The notes under the pieces were generated by a model. The model saw nothing but the letters and a program-made list of their open reading frames with translations. It was not told the origin of the DNA and made no database searches. Below are positions 8,926 to 17,914 of a stretch of DNA of 64,000 bases, in pieces; position 1 is the stretch's first letter, and each line of letters begins with the position of its first letter. The DNA comes from an uncultured Planctomycetaceae bacterium (GTDB lineage: Bacteria; Planctomycetota; Planctomycetia; Pirellulales; UBA1268), in contig CAISJI010000230.1 of the NCBI GenBank assembly GCA_903885565.1, positions 5,177 through 69,176 on the forward strand, read 5' to 3'. The translations under genes were made by a program, and so were the position numbers.

Positions 8926-11508
8926 TTACTGTCGGGAGTAGGTTTCGTGGAGATTGAGAACCGTTCTGGCAGCGCTTGCCCAGGTGGCCAGTTCGACCGG
9001 ATCGATCGTGAGTGGCAGGGGCACAGCCCCCACGGAGAGAAACGAGCGCACGCCTTCAGGATCGCCCAGCCACGACTGCCGCTGCCGCTCCACCAGATCG
9101 GTCAAGACGGCGATCTCCTCTTCGTGAGGCACCCGACCGATCGCCCGGCGGAGCATATAGCGGGCCCGGCCGGCCGGATCGCTCCCCCCGTCGGTGAGCG
9201 TTTTGGTAGCCAAGCCCCTAGCCGCTTCGACATATTCCGGATCGTTGAGCAGGACCAAGGCCTGCAGCGGAGTGTTGGAGCGGGCCCGCCGCGCCGTGCA
9301 TTCCTCACGGCTGGGAGCATCAAACACCACCAGCGCCGGATGGAGGTACTGCCGCTGCCAGTGGACGTAGAGCCCACGTCGGTAGAGCTTGTCGCCGGTA
9401 TCGGCCTTGTAGGTGCGGGCCGGGAAATTGAGATAATCCCAATAGCCAGGCGGCTGGTAGGGGCGCACACTTGGGCCCCCCACCTGCTTCACCAGCAGAC
9501 CACTGGCCGCAAGCGCCGTGTCGCGCACCATCTCGGCATCGACCCGGTAACGATTCTGCCGCGCCAGCCAGCGGTTCTCAGGATCGCGTTCCACCAGCGG
9601 GCCGCTCGAGGCGCTCGCCCGGCGATAGGCGTCGCTGGTTACCAGCAACTTGAGCACGCGGCGCAGATCCCAGCCCCCATCGCGCAGTTCGCAGGCGAGC
9701 CAATCGAGCAATTCGGGATGGCTCGGCGGCTCTCCCTGCGCGCCATGGTCGTCGAGCCGACGCGACAGGCCCTGCCCAAACAGAAGCGCCCACAGCCGGT
9801 TGGCCAGCACGCGGGCCACCAGCGGATTTTCGTTGCCGGTGATCCAGCGGGCCAGATCGAGCCGGGTGAGTCGCTCTGCGCCCGCGTCCCGACCAGCCCC
9901 CGGCAGGAAGGCCGGGGGCGCCGGCAGCACCTCGGCCCCGGAGTCATCCATCCAGTTGCCCCGGGGCAACACCCGCACGACGCGGGGCGGCCCGGCCACC
10001 GTGGCGGGCATGAAGGGCTGCGCCTTGATCACATCCTTGAGATCCTTTTCCAATGTGGTCAGTTCATCGCGCACGCCCTTGAGCGCTCCCCACTGCGCGC
10101 GATGGTGATCTGCCAGAAGTTTATTTTCAGCCTCGTTCCGTGTCCCCGCCTCCACCCGCAGCGCCTTCTTCACATCCTTGGGGATCGCGCCGGCCGCTGC
10201 CTTGTCGCCCTCGGTGGCCGAGGCTTCAAGGTGCGCCAAGCGGGCCGTTTCAGCCTCGATCCAGGCGGCTCGGTCGGCCAGCAGTTCAGGGGTGTCGGCC
10301 TCGTAGCGCGGCTTGAGTTGGGCAACTCTGGCCTCCAGATCGGCCTGCGTGGCCGCCTGTTCCGGTGAGGGGAGCCGCATCATCTCCCCCCAGATGCCGT
10401 TGTCGTGCGCACCGTGATAGATGCCCCGTTCCTGCACATCGGCGAAGAAGGCGGCCATCGCATAAAAATCGCGCGTGGTGAACGGATCAAACTTATGGTC
10501 GTGGCATTCGGCGCAGCCGAGCGTCGAGCCGAGCCAGGCGCCGCTGGTGGCGCGCACGCGGTCGCCGGCATATTTGGCATGGTATTCCTTGTCCTGCCCG
10601 CCCCCCTCGGCGCTCATCAGATTGAGCCGATTGAAACTGGCGGCGATCTTCTGCTGCCGCGAGGCCTCGGGGAGCAGATCGCCGGCGAGCTGCTCGCGCG
10701 TAAATTGGTCGAACGGCATGTTGCTGGCGAAGGCCCGGATCACCCAGTCGCGGTAGGGCCACATCGAGATTTCCTGATCGCCGTGATAGCCAACGCTATC
10801 CCCATAGCGCACCAGATCGAGCCACCAGGCGGCCAGCCGCTCGGCATGCTGCGGGCTGGAGAGCAACGCATCGACCAGCCGCTCATATGCCCCGGGCGAC
10901 TGATCGGCCACGAAGGCGTCGATCTCCGCCGGCTCTGGCGGCAGACCGGTGAGATCAATTGCCACCCGCCGCGCCAGCCCGCTGCGTTCGGCCGCCGGCA
11001 ACGCCACAAGCCCCTCTCGCACAAGCGCCGCATCGATGAACCGATCGACCGGGTGGCTCTCCTTGGCTCCCGTCGGAAGCTCCGGACGGACCAGCGGAGC
11101 ATAGGCCCAGTGGGCCTCGCGGGGGGCGCCCGCCTTGATCCACTCTTCGAGCAGCAACTTCTCCGCGGCGGTGAGCCTCTTGTTCGATTCCGGCGGCGGC
11201 ATCACCACGGCGGTGTCGGTGGAATGAACGCGGGTGATCAGCTCGCTCGCCTGCGGATTGCCCGGCACGATCGCCCGGGCCCCGTCGCGATCGGCGGTGG
11301 CGCCCTCGGCCGTGTCGAGCCGCAGATCGGCCTGCCGGTTGGCTGCATCGGGACCATGGCAGGCGAAGCAGTTCTCCGCGAGGATCGGGAGGATGTCGCG
11401 ATCAAACCGGGGAGTTGTGTCGCTGGCGGCAGCCGGCGCGGCGAAGAGCACACACGCCCCGCCCAACACCAGTATCCAAGCTATCACCGCTCTCCATGCG
11501 CGCATCAT
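8926..11508 (-). CDS. PSCyt1 / DUF1549 / DUF1553 multidomain protein
   Basis: It has the signal peptide MMRAWRAVIAWILVLGGACVLFAAPAAA, CFACH, DLTGLPPEPAEIDAF, CAECHDHKFDPF and NPLVARVLANRLWALLFG...HPELLDWLA. Its ATG overlaps the upstream DUF1501 stop (ATGA at 11505..11508). Confidence 0.9.
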   Translation of the reverse strand: MMRAWRAVIAWILVLGGACVLFAAPAAASDTTPRFDRDILPILAENCFACHGPDAANRQADLRLDTAEGATADRDGARAIVPGNPQASELITRVHSTDTAVVMPPPESNKRLTAAEKLLLEEWIKAGAPREAHWAYAPLVRPELPTGAKESHPVDRFIDAALVREGLVALPAAERSGLARRVAIDLTGLPPEPAEIDAFVADQSPGAYERLVDALLSSPQHAERLAAWWLDLVRYGDSVGYHGDQEISMWPYRDWVIRAFASNMPFDQFTREQLAGDLLPEASRQQKIAASFNRLNLMSAEGGGQDKEYHAKYAGDRVRATSGAWLGSTLGCAECHDHKFDPFTTRDFYAMAAFFADVQERGIYHGAHDNGIWGEMMRLPSPEQAATQADLEARVAQLKPRYEADTPELLADRAAWIEAETARLAHLEASATEGDKAAAGAIPKDVKKALRVEAGTRNEAENKLLADHHRAQWGALKGVRDELTTLEKDLKDVIKAQPFMPATVAGPPRVVRVLPRGNWMDDSGAEVLPAPPAFLPGAGRDAGAERLTRLDLARWITGNENPLVARVLANRLWALLFGQGLSRRLDDHGAQGEPPSHPELLDWLACELRDGGWDLRRVLKLLVTSDAYRRASASSGPLVERDPENRWLARQNRYRVDAEMVRDTALAASGLLVKQVGGPSVRPYQPPGYWDYLNFPARTYKADTGDKLYRRGLYVHWQRQYLHPALVVFDAPSREECTARRARSNTPLQALVLLNDPEYVEAARGLATKTLTDGGSDPAGRARYMLRRAIGRVPHEEEIAVLTDLVERQRQSWLGDPEGVRSFLSVGAVPLPLTIDPVELATWASAARTVLNLHETYSRQ

Positions 11509-12986
11509 GCCAACAATCCCTTCACAACATTCCCATGCACATCGGTCAGGCGGAAATCGCGCCCCTGGAAGCGATACGTCAGTTGCGTGTGATCCCAGCC
11601 GAGAAGATGGAGAATCGTCGCCTGCAGATCATGGATATGCACCGGATCGCAGGCGGGCTTGAAGCCGAGATCATCGCTGGCGCCATGCACATGCCCCCCC
11701 TTCACGCCGCCGCCGCACATCCAGATCGAATAGCAGTCGGGGAAGTGATCGCGGCCGAGGGTGCTCCCCTCGGCGGTGCGCCCCTCCCGGAAGGGCGTGC
11801 GGCCAAACTCGCCGGTGCAGAGGATGAGCGTCTCTTCCAGGAGCCCGCGGCGCTCGAGATCCTCAATCAGCGCCGCAGCCGGCTGGTCGAACGTCGCCCC
11901 CTTCCTCGTCAGCCCATCGCGGAGGTCCTCGGCGGGATTGGTGCCGTGGAAATCCCAGCCCCAATCGAACAGATGCACAAACCGCACCCCCTGCTCCACC
12001 AGCCGTCGGGCCAGGAGGCAGTTGTTGGCGAGGCTCGACGTGCCGGGCTTGGCGCCATACGCGGCCAGCACATGTTCCGGTTCGCGACTGATATCCATCA
12101 CCTCCGGCACGCTCGCCTGCATCCGGTAGGCCAGCTCATATTGAGCGATCCGTGTCATCGTCTCGGAATTGCCCAGCGACTCTGCCTGCAATTGGTTGAG
12201 ATCCCGCAGGGCATCGAGACTCCTGCGCCGCATCGAGCGGTCCATGCCGGCGGGATTAGACGCGAAGAGGACAGGATCCCCCTGCGACCGGCACTGCACC
12301 CCCTGATACACGCTCGGGAGAAACCCCGATCCAAAGCTGCTCGTGCCTCCGTTGGGCTGAACGCCCGAGGAAATCAGCACGACAAACCCGGGGAGATTCT
12401 GATTTTCGCTGCCCAGGCCATATGTCACCCAACTCCCCAAGCTGGGCCGGCCGGCGCGAGGAGAGCCGGTGTAGGCCAAGAGCTCCGCCGGGGCGTGGTT
12501 GAACTGATCGGTGTGCATGCTCCTGATGAGGCAGAGCTTGTCGGCCACGCGGTGGAGGTTGGGAAGGGCATCGGAAAGCTCCATCCCGCTGGCACCGCAG
12601 CGCTGCCAACCGCGCGGTGAACCGAGCAGCTTGGGGGTGCCGGTGGTGAAGGCGAATTGCTTCCCCGCGATCGTTTCGGCGGGGCACTCCTGCCCGCTGC
12701 GCCGCACCAGTTCCGGCTTCGGGTCGTAGAGATCCAGATGCGGAGGGCTGCCGGTGAGATGGATGACGATCATCCGCTTGGCCTTCGCAGGGAAGGGGGG
12801 CAGGCGGATCGCCAGCGGATCAGCGGCGGCCTGCGGCAGCCCTCCTGCCGCCGGCACCACCGCCGCCGAGGCGGATCCACTCCCTCCAAACAGATCATGG
12901 AGCGCCCAGGCGCCCACGCCGCCAGCCATGCCACCGAGCAGGTGGCGGCGGGTGGCCAGAAGCTTCTGTTCGAGAAGTGGATTCAT
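11505..12986 (-). CDS. DUF1501 family protein, Tat signal
   Basis: MNPLLEQKLLATRRHLLGGMAGGVGAWAL, KAKRMIVIHLTGSPPHLDLYDPKP, RSMHTDQFNHAPA, LPGFVVL and GRTP...GRDHF. Confidence 0.9.
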   Translation of the reverse strand: MNPLLEQKLLATRRHLLGGMAGGVGAWALHDLFGGSGSASAAVVPAAGGLPQAAADPLAIRLPPFPAKAKRMIVIHLTGSPPHLDLYDPKPELVRRSGQECPAETIAGKQFAFTTGTPKLLGSPRGWQRCGASGMELSDALPNLHRVADKLCLIRSMHTDQFNHAPAELLAYTGSPRAGRPSLGSWVTYGLGSENQNLPGFVVLISSGVQPNGGTSSFGSGFLPSVYQGVQCRSQGDPVLFASNPAGMDRSMRRRSLDALRDLNQLQAESLGNSETMTRIAQYELAYRMQASVPEVMDISREPEHVLAAYGAKPGTSSLANNCLLARRLVEQGVRFVHLFDWGWDFHGTNPAEDLRDGLTRKGATFDQPAAALIEDLERRGLLEETLILCTGEFGRTPFREGRTAEGSTLGRDHFPDCYSIWMCGGGVKGGHVHGASDDLGFKPACDPVHIHDLQATILHLLGWDHTQLTYRFQGRDFRLTDVHGNVVKGLLA

Positions 12987-13017
12987 GGTGCGTTCCCGGT
13001 GGGGAAGGGCTCTCTCT

Positions 13018-15441
13018 TCAGGGACACTGAAACGTTTCGTCGAGATTGAGGATCACATTGGCCACCACGGTCCACGCCGCCAGATCGGCCAGATCAGCGC
13101 CTCCCCAATCAGAGGGCAGCGGCCCCAGCGGCTCGGTTGCCAACTGGCGGGCCTGCTCGGGGGCTGCCTGATATTCATGCAGCGCTTCGTCATGCAGCCG
13201 CACCAAGCGCTCCAGTTCTGCAGGCTCTGGAAACCGGGAGAGCACGAGCCGAAATCCCCGCCCGGCACGCTCGGGAACAGTCGCGCCCCCTTCCCGTACC
13301 ATCCGCCGGGCCAGCGCCTGAGCCGCTTCCACGTAGACCGGATCGTTCAGCGTGACGAGCGCCTGCAGCGGCGTGTTGGTGCGTGGCCGCCGCACGCTAC
13401 ACACCTCGCGGGTAGGGGCATCGAAGAGGGCCATGGAGGGATAGGGATTGCTGCGCCGCCAGGTGGTGTAGATGGCCCGCCGGTAGCGATTTTCCCCGCT
13501 GCTGGTCTTCCAATCGATGCCGCCACCGAAGGCCGCCGACAGGCCTGAATTGGGCTGCGGGGGATGCACGCTCGGGCCCCCCTTCTTTCGCGACAAGAGC
13601 CCCGCCGCCGCGAGCGCCTGATCGCGCACCACTTCCGCCGTCAGGCGCACCCTCGGCCCACGGGCCACAAGCCGGTTTTCCGGATCGCGGGCGAGAAGGT
13701 CAGGCGCAGCCACAGACCGCTGCCGGTAGGCGGCGCTGGTCACGATCAGCCGCGTGATCGCCCGCAGGTCCCAGCCTCGTTCGATCAATTCCACGGCCAG
13801 CCAATCGAGCAGTTCCCGATGGCTTGGGAGTTCTCCCTGGCTGCCAAACTCCTCGCTGGTGGCCACCAGCCCGATCCCAAACAGCCGCTCCCAGATCCGG
13901 TTGACGGCGACGCGGGCGGTGAGCGGGTTGGCCCGATCGACCAGCCACTTGGCCAGAGCCAGGCGGTCAACGATCCCTTCCGGTCCGGCCGGCAGCCCAA
14001 AGGCGACCGGCACCCCGGCAGCGACCTCCGGTCCCAGATCGAGGTAGTTGCCGCGGCGCTGGAGTTTGGTGACACGCTGCTGGTCTGCCGGCAGTTGCAC
14101 CATCACCGGCACGCGCACCGGCTTGAGCGACTTGCGCTCTGCCTCCAAACGCATCAAGCTCGCCTCCCGGCCCGCTGGGTCGTTGACCATCTCCGCCTCC
14201 GCCACAGCCATGTCGCGCTCGATCCGCGCCCGCTGTCGTTCCTTCTTGGGCAGCAGAAATTCCTCCAGCGGCGCATCGTCGTTGCGGTCGGTATCGGCCG
14301 TCTGATTGAAGATTGCGTAAATCCCGAAATACTCTCGCTGCGAGAGCGGATCATATTTATGGTCGTGGCACTGGCAGCAGGCCATTGTGGTGCCCATCCA
14401 GGTGCTCATCGTGGTGTTGACCCGGTCGACCACCGCCGCCGCGCGGAACTCCTCGTCCACGGTGCCCCCCTCGGTGTTGGTGAGCGTGTTGCGGTGGAAG
14501 GCGGTGGCGATCCGGTCGTCGCGCGTGGCGCCGGCCAGGAGATCGCCGGCGAGTTGGCGGATCGTGAACTGGTCGAACGGCAGATTGGCATCACAGGCCT
14601 CGATCACCCAGTCGCGATAGGCCCAGATCTCCCGCGGCGCATCGGAGGCGAAACCGGTGCTATCGGCATAGCGGGCCAGATCGAGCCACTGCCGGGCCTG
14701 ATGTTCGCCGGCGCCTTCATCCACCAGCAACCGCTCGATGAGCCTCTCCACCGCGTCGGAGCCCGAGTCTGCCACAAACCGATCAACCTCCTCCGGGGCC
14801 AGCGGCAGACCGGTGAGATCAATCGCCAACCGGCGGGCCAGTGTGGCCCGATCGGCCTCTGGCTGCGGGGCCAGCCCTTCCGACTCGAGCCTTGCCAACA
14901 CAAACAGATCGACTGGCGTGCGCGGCCAGTCGGCCTGCCGGACCGCCGGCAGGGGCGGCCGGCTTGGAGGCAGATACGACCAATGTGGCTCGTAGCCGCC
15001 CCCCGCGGCGATCCACTGCTTGAGCAGATTGATCTGGTCTGGCGTCAGCGGCGCTCCCGCCTCGGGGGGTGGCATCACCAGATCAGGATCGGTCGCAGCC
15101 ACCCGCTCCAAGAGCACGCTGGCGGCCGGATCGCCCGGCACGATCGCGGCGTGGCCGCCGAGATCAGCGGTCGCGCCAGCAAACGTGTCGAGCCGCAGGC
15201 CATCTCCGCCTCCCCCCTGCCGCGTCTCGGCATCGGGGCCGTGGCAGCGCAGGCAGCGGTTGGAGAGGAGCGATTTGATGTCGCGGGTGAACGAGGGTTC
15301 GGCAACCGCCGGCCACGCCAGAGAAGCCAGCACTCCCGCCAGCAGCAGGCAGAGCAGTCCCCTGGGCCGCCAACAGCGGGCGCAGCGGTCTCCGGAAGGT
15401 TGGGCAAAGCCGTGCACCTTGGATCGCTCCTTGGAAAACAC
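13018..15441 (-). CDS. PSCyt1 / DUF1549 / DUF1553 multidomain protein
   Basis: It has CLRCH near the N-terminus, DLTGLPLAPEEVDRF, CCQCHDHKYDPL and NPLTARVAVNRIWERLFG...HRELLDWLA. It is the first gene of the five-gene minus-strand operon. The start could be an internal GTG. Confidence 0.88.
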   Translation of the reverse strand: MFSKERSKVHGFAQPSGDRCARCWRPRGLLCLLLAGVLASLAWPAVAEPSFTRDIKSLLSNRCLRCHGPDAETRQGGGGDGLRLDTFAGATADLGGHAAIVPGDPAASVLLERVAATDPDLVMPPPEAGAPLTPDQINLLKQWIAAGGGYEPHWSYLPPSRPPLPAVRQADWPRTPVDLFVLARLESEGLAPQPEADRATLARRLAIDLTGLPLAPEEVDRFVADSGSDAVERLIERLLVDEGAGEHQARQWLDLARYADSTGFASDAPREIWAYRDWVIEACDANLPFDQFTIRQLAGDLLAGATRDDRIATAFHRNTLTNTEGGTVDEEFRAAAVVDRVNTTMSTWMGTTMACCQCHDHKYDPLSQREYFGIYAIFNQTADTDRNDDAPLEEFLLPKKERQRARIERDMAVAEAEMVNDPAGREASLMRLEAERKSLKPVRVPVMVQLPADQQRVTKLQRRGNYLDLGPEVAAGVPVAFGLPAGPEGIVDRLALAKWLVDRANPLTARVAVNRIWERLFGIGLVATSEEFGSQGELPSHRELLDWLAVELIERGWDLRAITRLIVTSAAYRQRSVAAPDLLARDPENRLVARGPRVRLTAEVVRDQALAAAGLLSRKKGGPSVHPPQPNSGLSAAFGGGIDWKTSSGENRYRRAIYTTWRRSNPYPSMALFDAPTREVCSVRRPRTNTPLQALVTLNDPVYVEAAQALARRMVREGGATVPERAGRGFRLVLSRFPEPAELERLVRLHDEALHEYQAAPEQARQLATEPLGPLPSDWGGADLADLAAWTVVANVILNLDETFQCP

Positions 15442-15661
15442 CCGCTTCGCCGTTGGGCAGCCAAAAAAAGCCCAACGCGGACCCGCAACGGTCGATCGGC
15501 GGAAAGTAAATCAATTATACATCCGCTCCGCGTGCCGGGGAAAGCGTCGCACAAGCCGCCACCCCCAGGGAGCAGCCCGGTTTCTCTCCTGTTTCAGGCT
15601 ATTTTGTATGATGGGGAGCGTGTTTTGGGCTGTTCCCTTGCCATCTCCGGAGCCCCCTCCT

Positions 15662-16678
15662 ATGCCTGCTCAGCGTCTGGCCCTCTCTCCCCTCCTGGTG
15701 GCTTGGTGTTTGGCCTGCGTCGCCTGCCTGCAGTCTGCCCCTGTGCGCGCCCAGCCACCGGCGGCTCCGGCGCCGGTGGTGTTTGCGGCATTTGCCTCGC
15801 CGCTGGAAGAGCCGTGGAACATGGTGATTCACGACGCCCTGCTGGCGGCGATGCGCGGAGGGCGGATCCGCTACACCTGGCAGGCTGATCTCGATTCCCC
15901 AACCAAAATCGGCGCGGCGATCGCCGCAGCGCTTCCCAGCAAGCCCGATATCGTGGTGGCCGACGCCACCGGCGCGGAGCAGGAGATTCGCCTGATTGCG
16001 GCGGCTCAGCCCAAGATCTCGTTTCTGATTGGCTCGGCTGGCGAGCCAGCCCCGCCCAATCTCTCGGTGTTCGACAGCGATCTGGCAGAGCCCGCCTATC
16101 TCTGCGGCCTGCTGGCAGGGCAGTTGACGAAGTCGAATGTGGTGGGAGTTGTGGCCGGCAAGTCGGATCCCGCCGTGAACCGCACAGTCAACGCCTATCT
16201 GCTCGGAGCCCGCACCGCCAATCCGGCTGTGCAGGTGAAGGTCGATTTCATCGACTCCTGGTTTGATCCCCCCAAGGCCCGCGAGGCAACGCTGAAACAG
16301 ATCGCCGCCGGAGCCGATTTAGTCTATGCCGAACGGGAAGGAGCGATCGCTGCCGCCCGCGAACGGGGCGTGCTGGCGTTTGGCAATCTGATCGATCAGC
16401 ATGCCGAAGCTCCCGATACCGTGATCACCGGTCCTGTTTGGAATTTGACGTCGCTGGTCGACTATGTTCTCAAGCATGCTGATGCCGATCTCGTGCACAG
16501 CGAAAAGCTGCTCGATTTCTCCACGCTCGCCCGCGGCGGCGCGGCGCTCGCTCCCTGGCATGGGTGGGAGGAAAAACTGCCGGCCGAGGTGCTGGAGATG
16601 GTGCGGGAGCAGGCCGCGGCGATTAAGTCGGGCCGGCTGACAATCGACGTCGGCACCGAACGCCCCGCGGGGGACTAG
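15662..16678 (+). CDS. BMP family (PnrA/Med-like) substrate-binding lipoprotein, orphan
   Basis: The track ORF 15020..16678 is over-extended. The ATG at 15662 (or 15608) gives the signal MPAQRLALSPLLVAWCLACVAC. The body (PDIVVADATG..., AYLCGLLAGQLTKSNVVGVVAG..., VDFIDSWFDPPKA) resembles basic-membrane-protein SBPs. No ABC permease or ATPase gene is adjacent. Confidence 0.7.
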   Translation: MPAQRLALSPLLVAWCLACVACLQSAPVRAQPPAAPAPVVFAAFASPLEEPWNMVIHDALLAAMRGGRIRYTWQADLDSPTKIGAAIAAALPSKPDIVVADATGAEQEIRLIAAAQPKISFLIGSAGEPAPPNLSVFDSDLAEPAYLCGLLAGQLTKSNVVGVVAGKSDPAVNRTVNAYLLGARTANPAVQVKVDFIDSWFDPPKAREATLKQIAAGADLVYAEREGAIAAARERGVLAFGNLIDQHAEAPDTVITGPVWNLTSLVDYVLKHADADLVHSEKLLDFSTLARGGAALAPWHGWEEKLPAEVLEMVREQAAAIKSGRLTIDVGTERPAGD

Positions 16679-16760
16679 CCAGCTTTCGAGCCCGCCGCCG
16701 CTCCCCGTTTTTCGCGTGCGGGGATTGCAGCGTATAATCACCGCACGAGATGCGGTGATT

Positions 16761-17870
16761 ATGGCGTTTATTCACGGAAAAAATGGCTGGCCGGCGTTTC
16801 GCTGGGACGACCGAGTCGTGCTCGCGGCCCTCGTGCAGACGCGGCACGAGCAGGGTCTCCTTCTCGGACGGATGCGGGGGCTCGGCTTTGATCTTCAGGC
16901 CGAGGCGACCCTGCGGGTGCTGACGAGCGACGTCGTGCAGTCGTCGGCTATCGAAGGAGAACGGCTTGATGCCGCCGACGTTCGCTCCTCGATTGCCCGC
17001 CGGCTCGGCCTCCCACAGGGGGGCGTCCGCCGCACCAATCGTGATGTCGAGGGGATCGTCGAGGTGCTGCTTGACGCCACGCGAAACGCCGAGGCACCAG
17101 TATCGGAAAACCGTCTATGCGGATGGCATGCGGCCCTGTTCCCGGTGGGCTACAGCGGCACACGACCGATCGCGGTGGGAACGTGGCGTCCGATGGAAGC
17201 AGGCCCGATGCAGGTCGTGTCGGCGCCGATCGGCCGGGAGCGGATCCACTTCGAAGCCCCCACGGCCCAGCGCGTGCCGGGCGAGATGGCTCGGTTCATC
17301 GCCTGGTGCAATGCCAAGACCGACGAGGATCCGGTCCTCCGCGCCGCAATCGCGCATCTCTGGTTTGTCACGATCCATCCGTTCGAAGATGGCAATGGCC
17401 GGCTTGCCCGTGCTCTGGCCGACCTCATGCTGGCCCGCGCCGACGGCTGCCCGGAACGCTTCTCCAGCATGTCAACACAAATCGAGGCTGAGCGGAAGGA
17501 TTACTACCGGATCCTTGAACGCACGCAGCGTGGCGACCTCAACATCACCCCGTGGATGCTTTGGTTTCTCGCGTGTCTCAAGCGCGCTATCGCGAGTGCC
17601 GGCACACTCATTGAGGCGGTGCTCCACAAAGCGGCGCTCTGGCAGATGATCGCCAGCGGCAGCCCGGTCAACCAGCGGCAGCGTCTGGTCATCAACCGGC
17701 TGCTCGATGGATTTCAAGGGGGGCTGACGACGTCGAAGTACGGCCGCATCGCCAAGTGTTCGTCAGACACGGCGCTGCGCGATATCCAAGATCTGGTGAC
17801 GCAGGGCATCCTCACGAAGAACCCGGGCCGCGGCCGGAGCACGAGCTACGCTCTGGCCAATCCCCGCTGA
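16761..17870 (+). CDS. Fic family protein (class II, N-terminal inhibitory motif)
   Basis: The Fic motif HPFEDGNGRLARAL fits HxFx(D/E)GNGRxxR. Upstream, SSAIEG fits the (S/T)xxxE(G/N) auto-inhibition motif. The ATG at 16761 is preferred over the track start at 16716. Confidence 0.88.
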   Translation: MAFIHGKNGWPAFRWDDRVVLAALVQTRHEQGLLLGRMRGLGFDLQAEATLRVLTSDVVQSSAIEGERLDAADVRSSIARRLGLPQGGVRRTNRDVEGIVEVLLDATRNAEAPVSENRLCGWHAALFPVGYSGTRPIAVGTWRPMEAGPMQVVSAPIGRERIHFEAPTAQRVPGEMARFIAWCNAKTDEDPVLRAAIAHLWFVTIHPFEDGNGRLARALADLMLARADGCPERFSSMSTQIEAERKDYYRILERTQRGDLNITPWMLWFLACLKRAIASAGTLIEAVLHKAALWQMIASGSPVNQRQRLVINRLLDGFQGGLTTSKYGRIAKCSSDTALRDIQDLVTQGILTKNPGRGRSTSYALANPR

Positions 17871-17914
17871 CGCTTGTCGTCGACCAGGAAATCGCCGACG
17901 GGCGGTTGATCTTT

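Noticed and set aside
13564-15888. 774-aa plus-strand ORF
   Set aside because: It is antisense to the DUF1553 gene 13018..15441, which has strong family signatures. The translation is Arg/Gly/Pro-rich with no recognisable domain.
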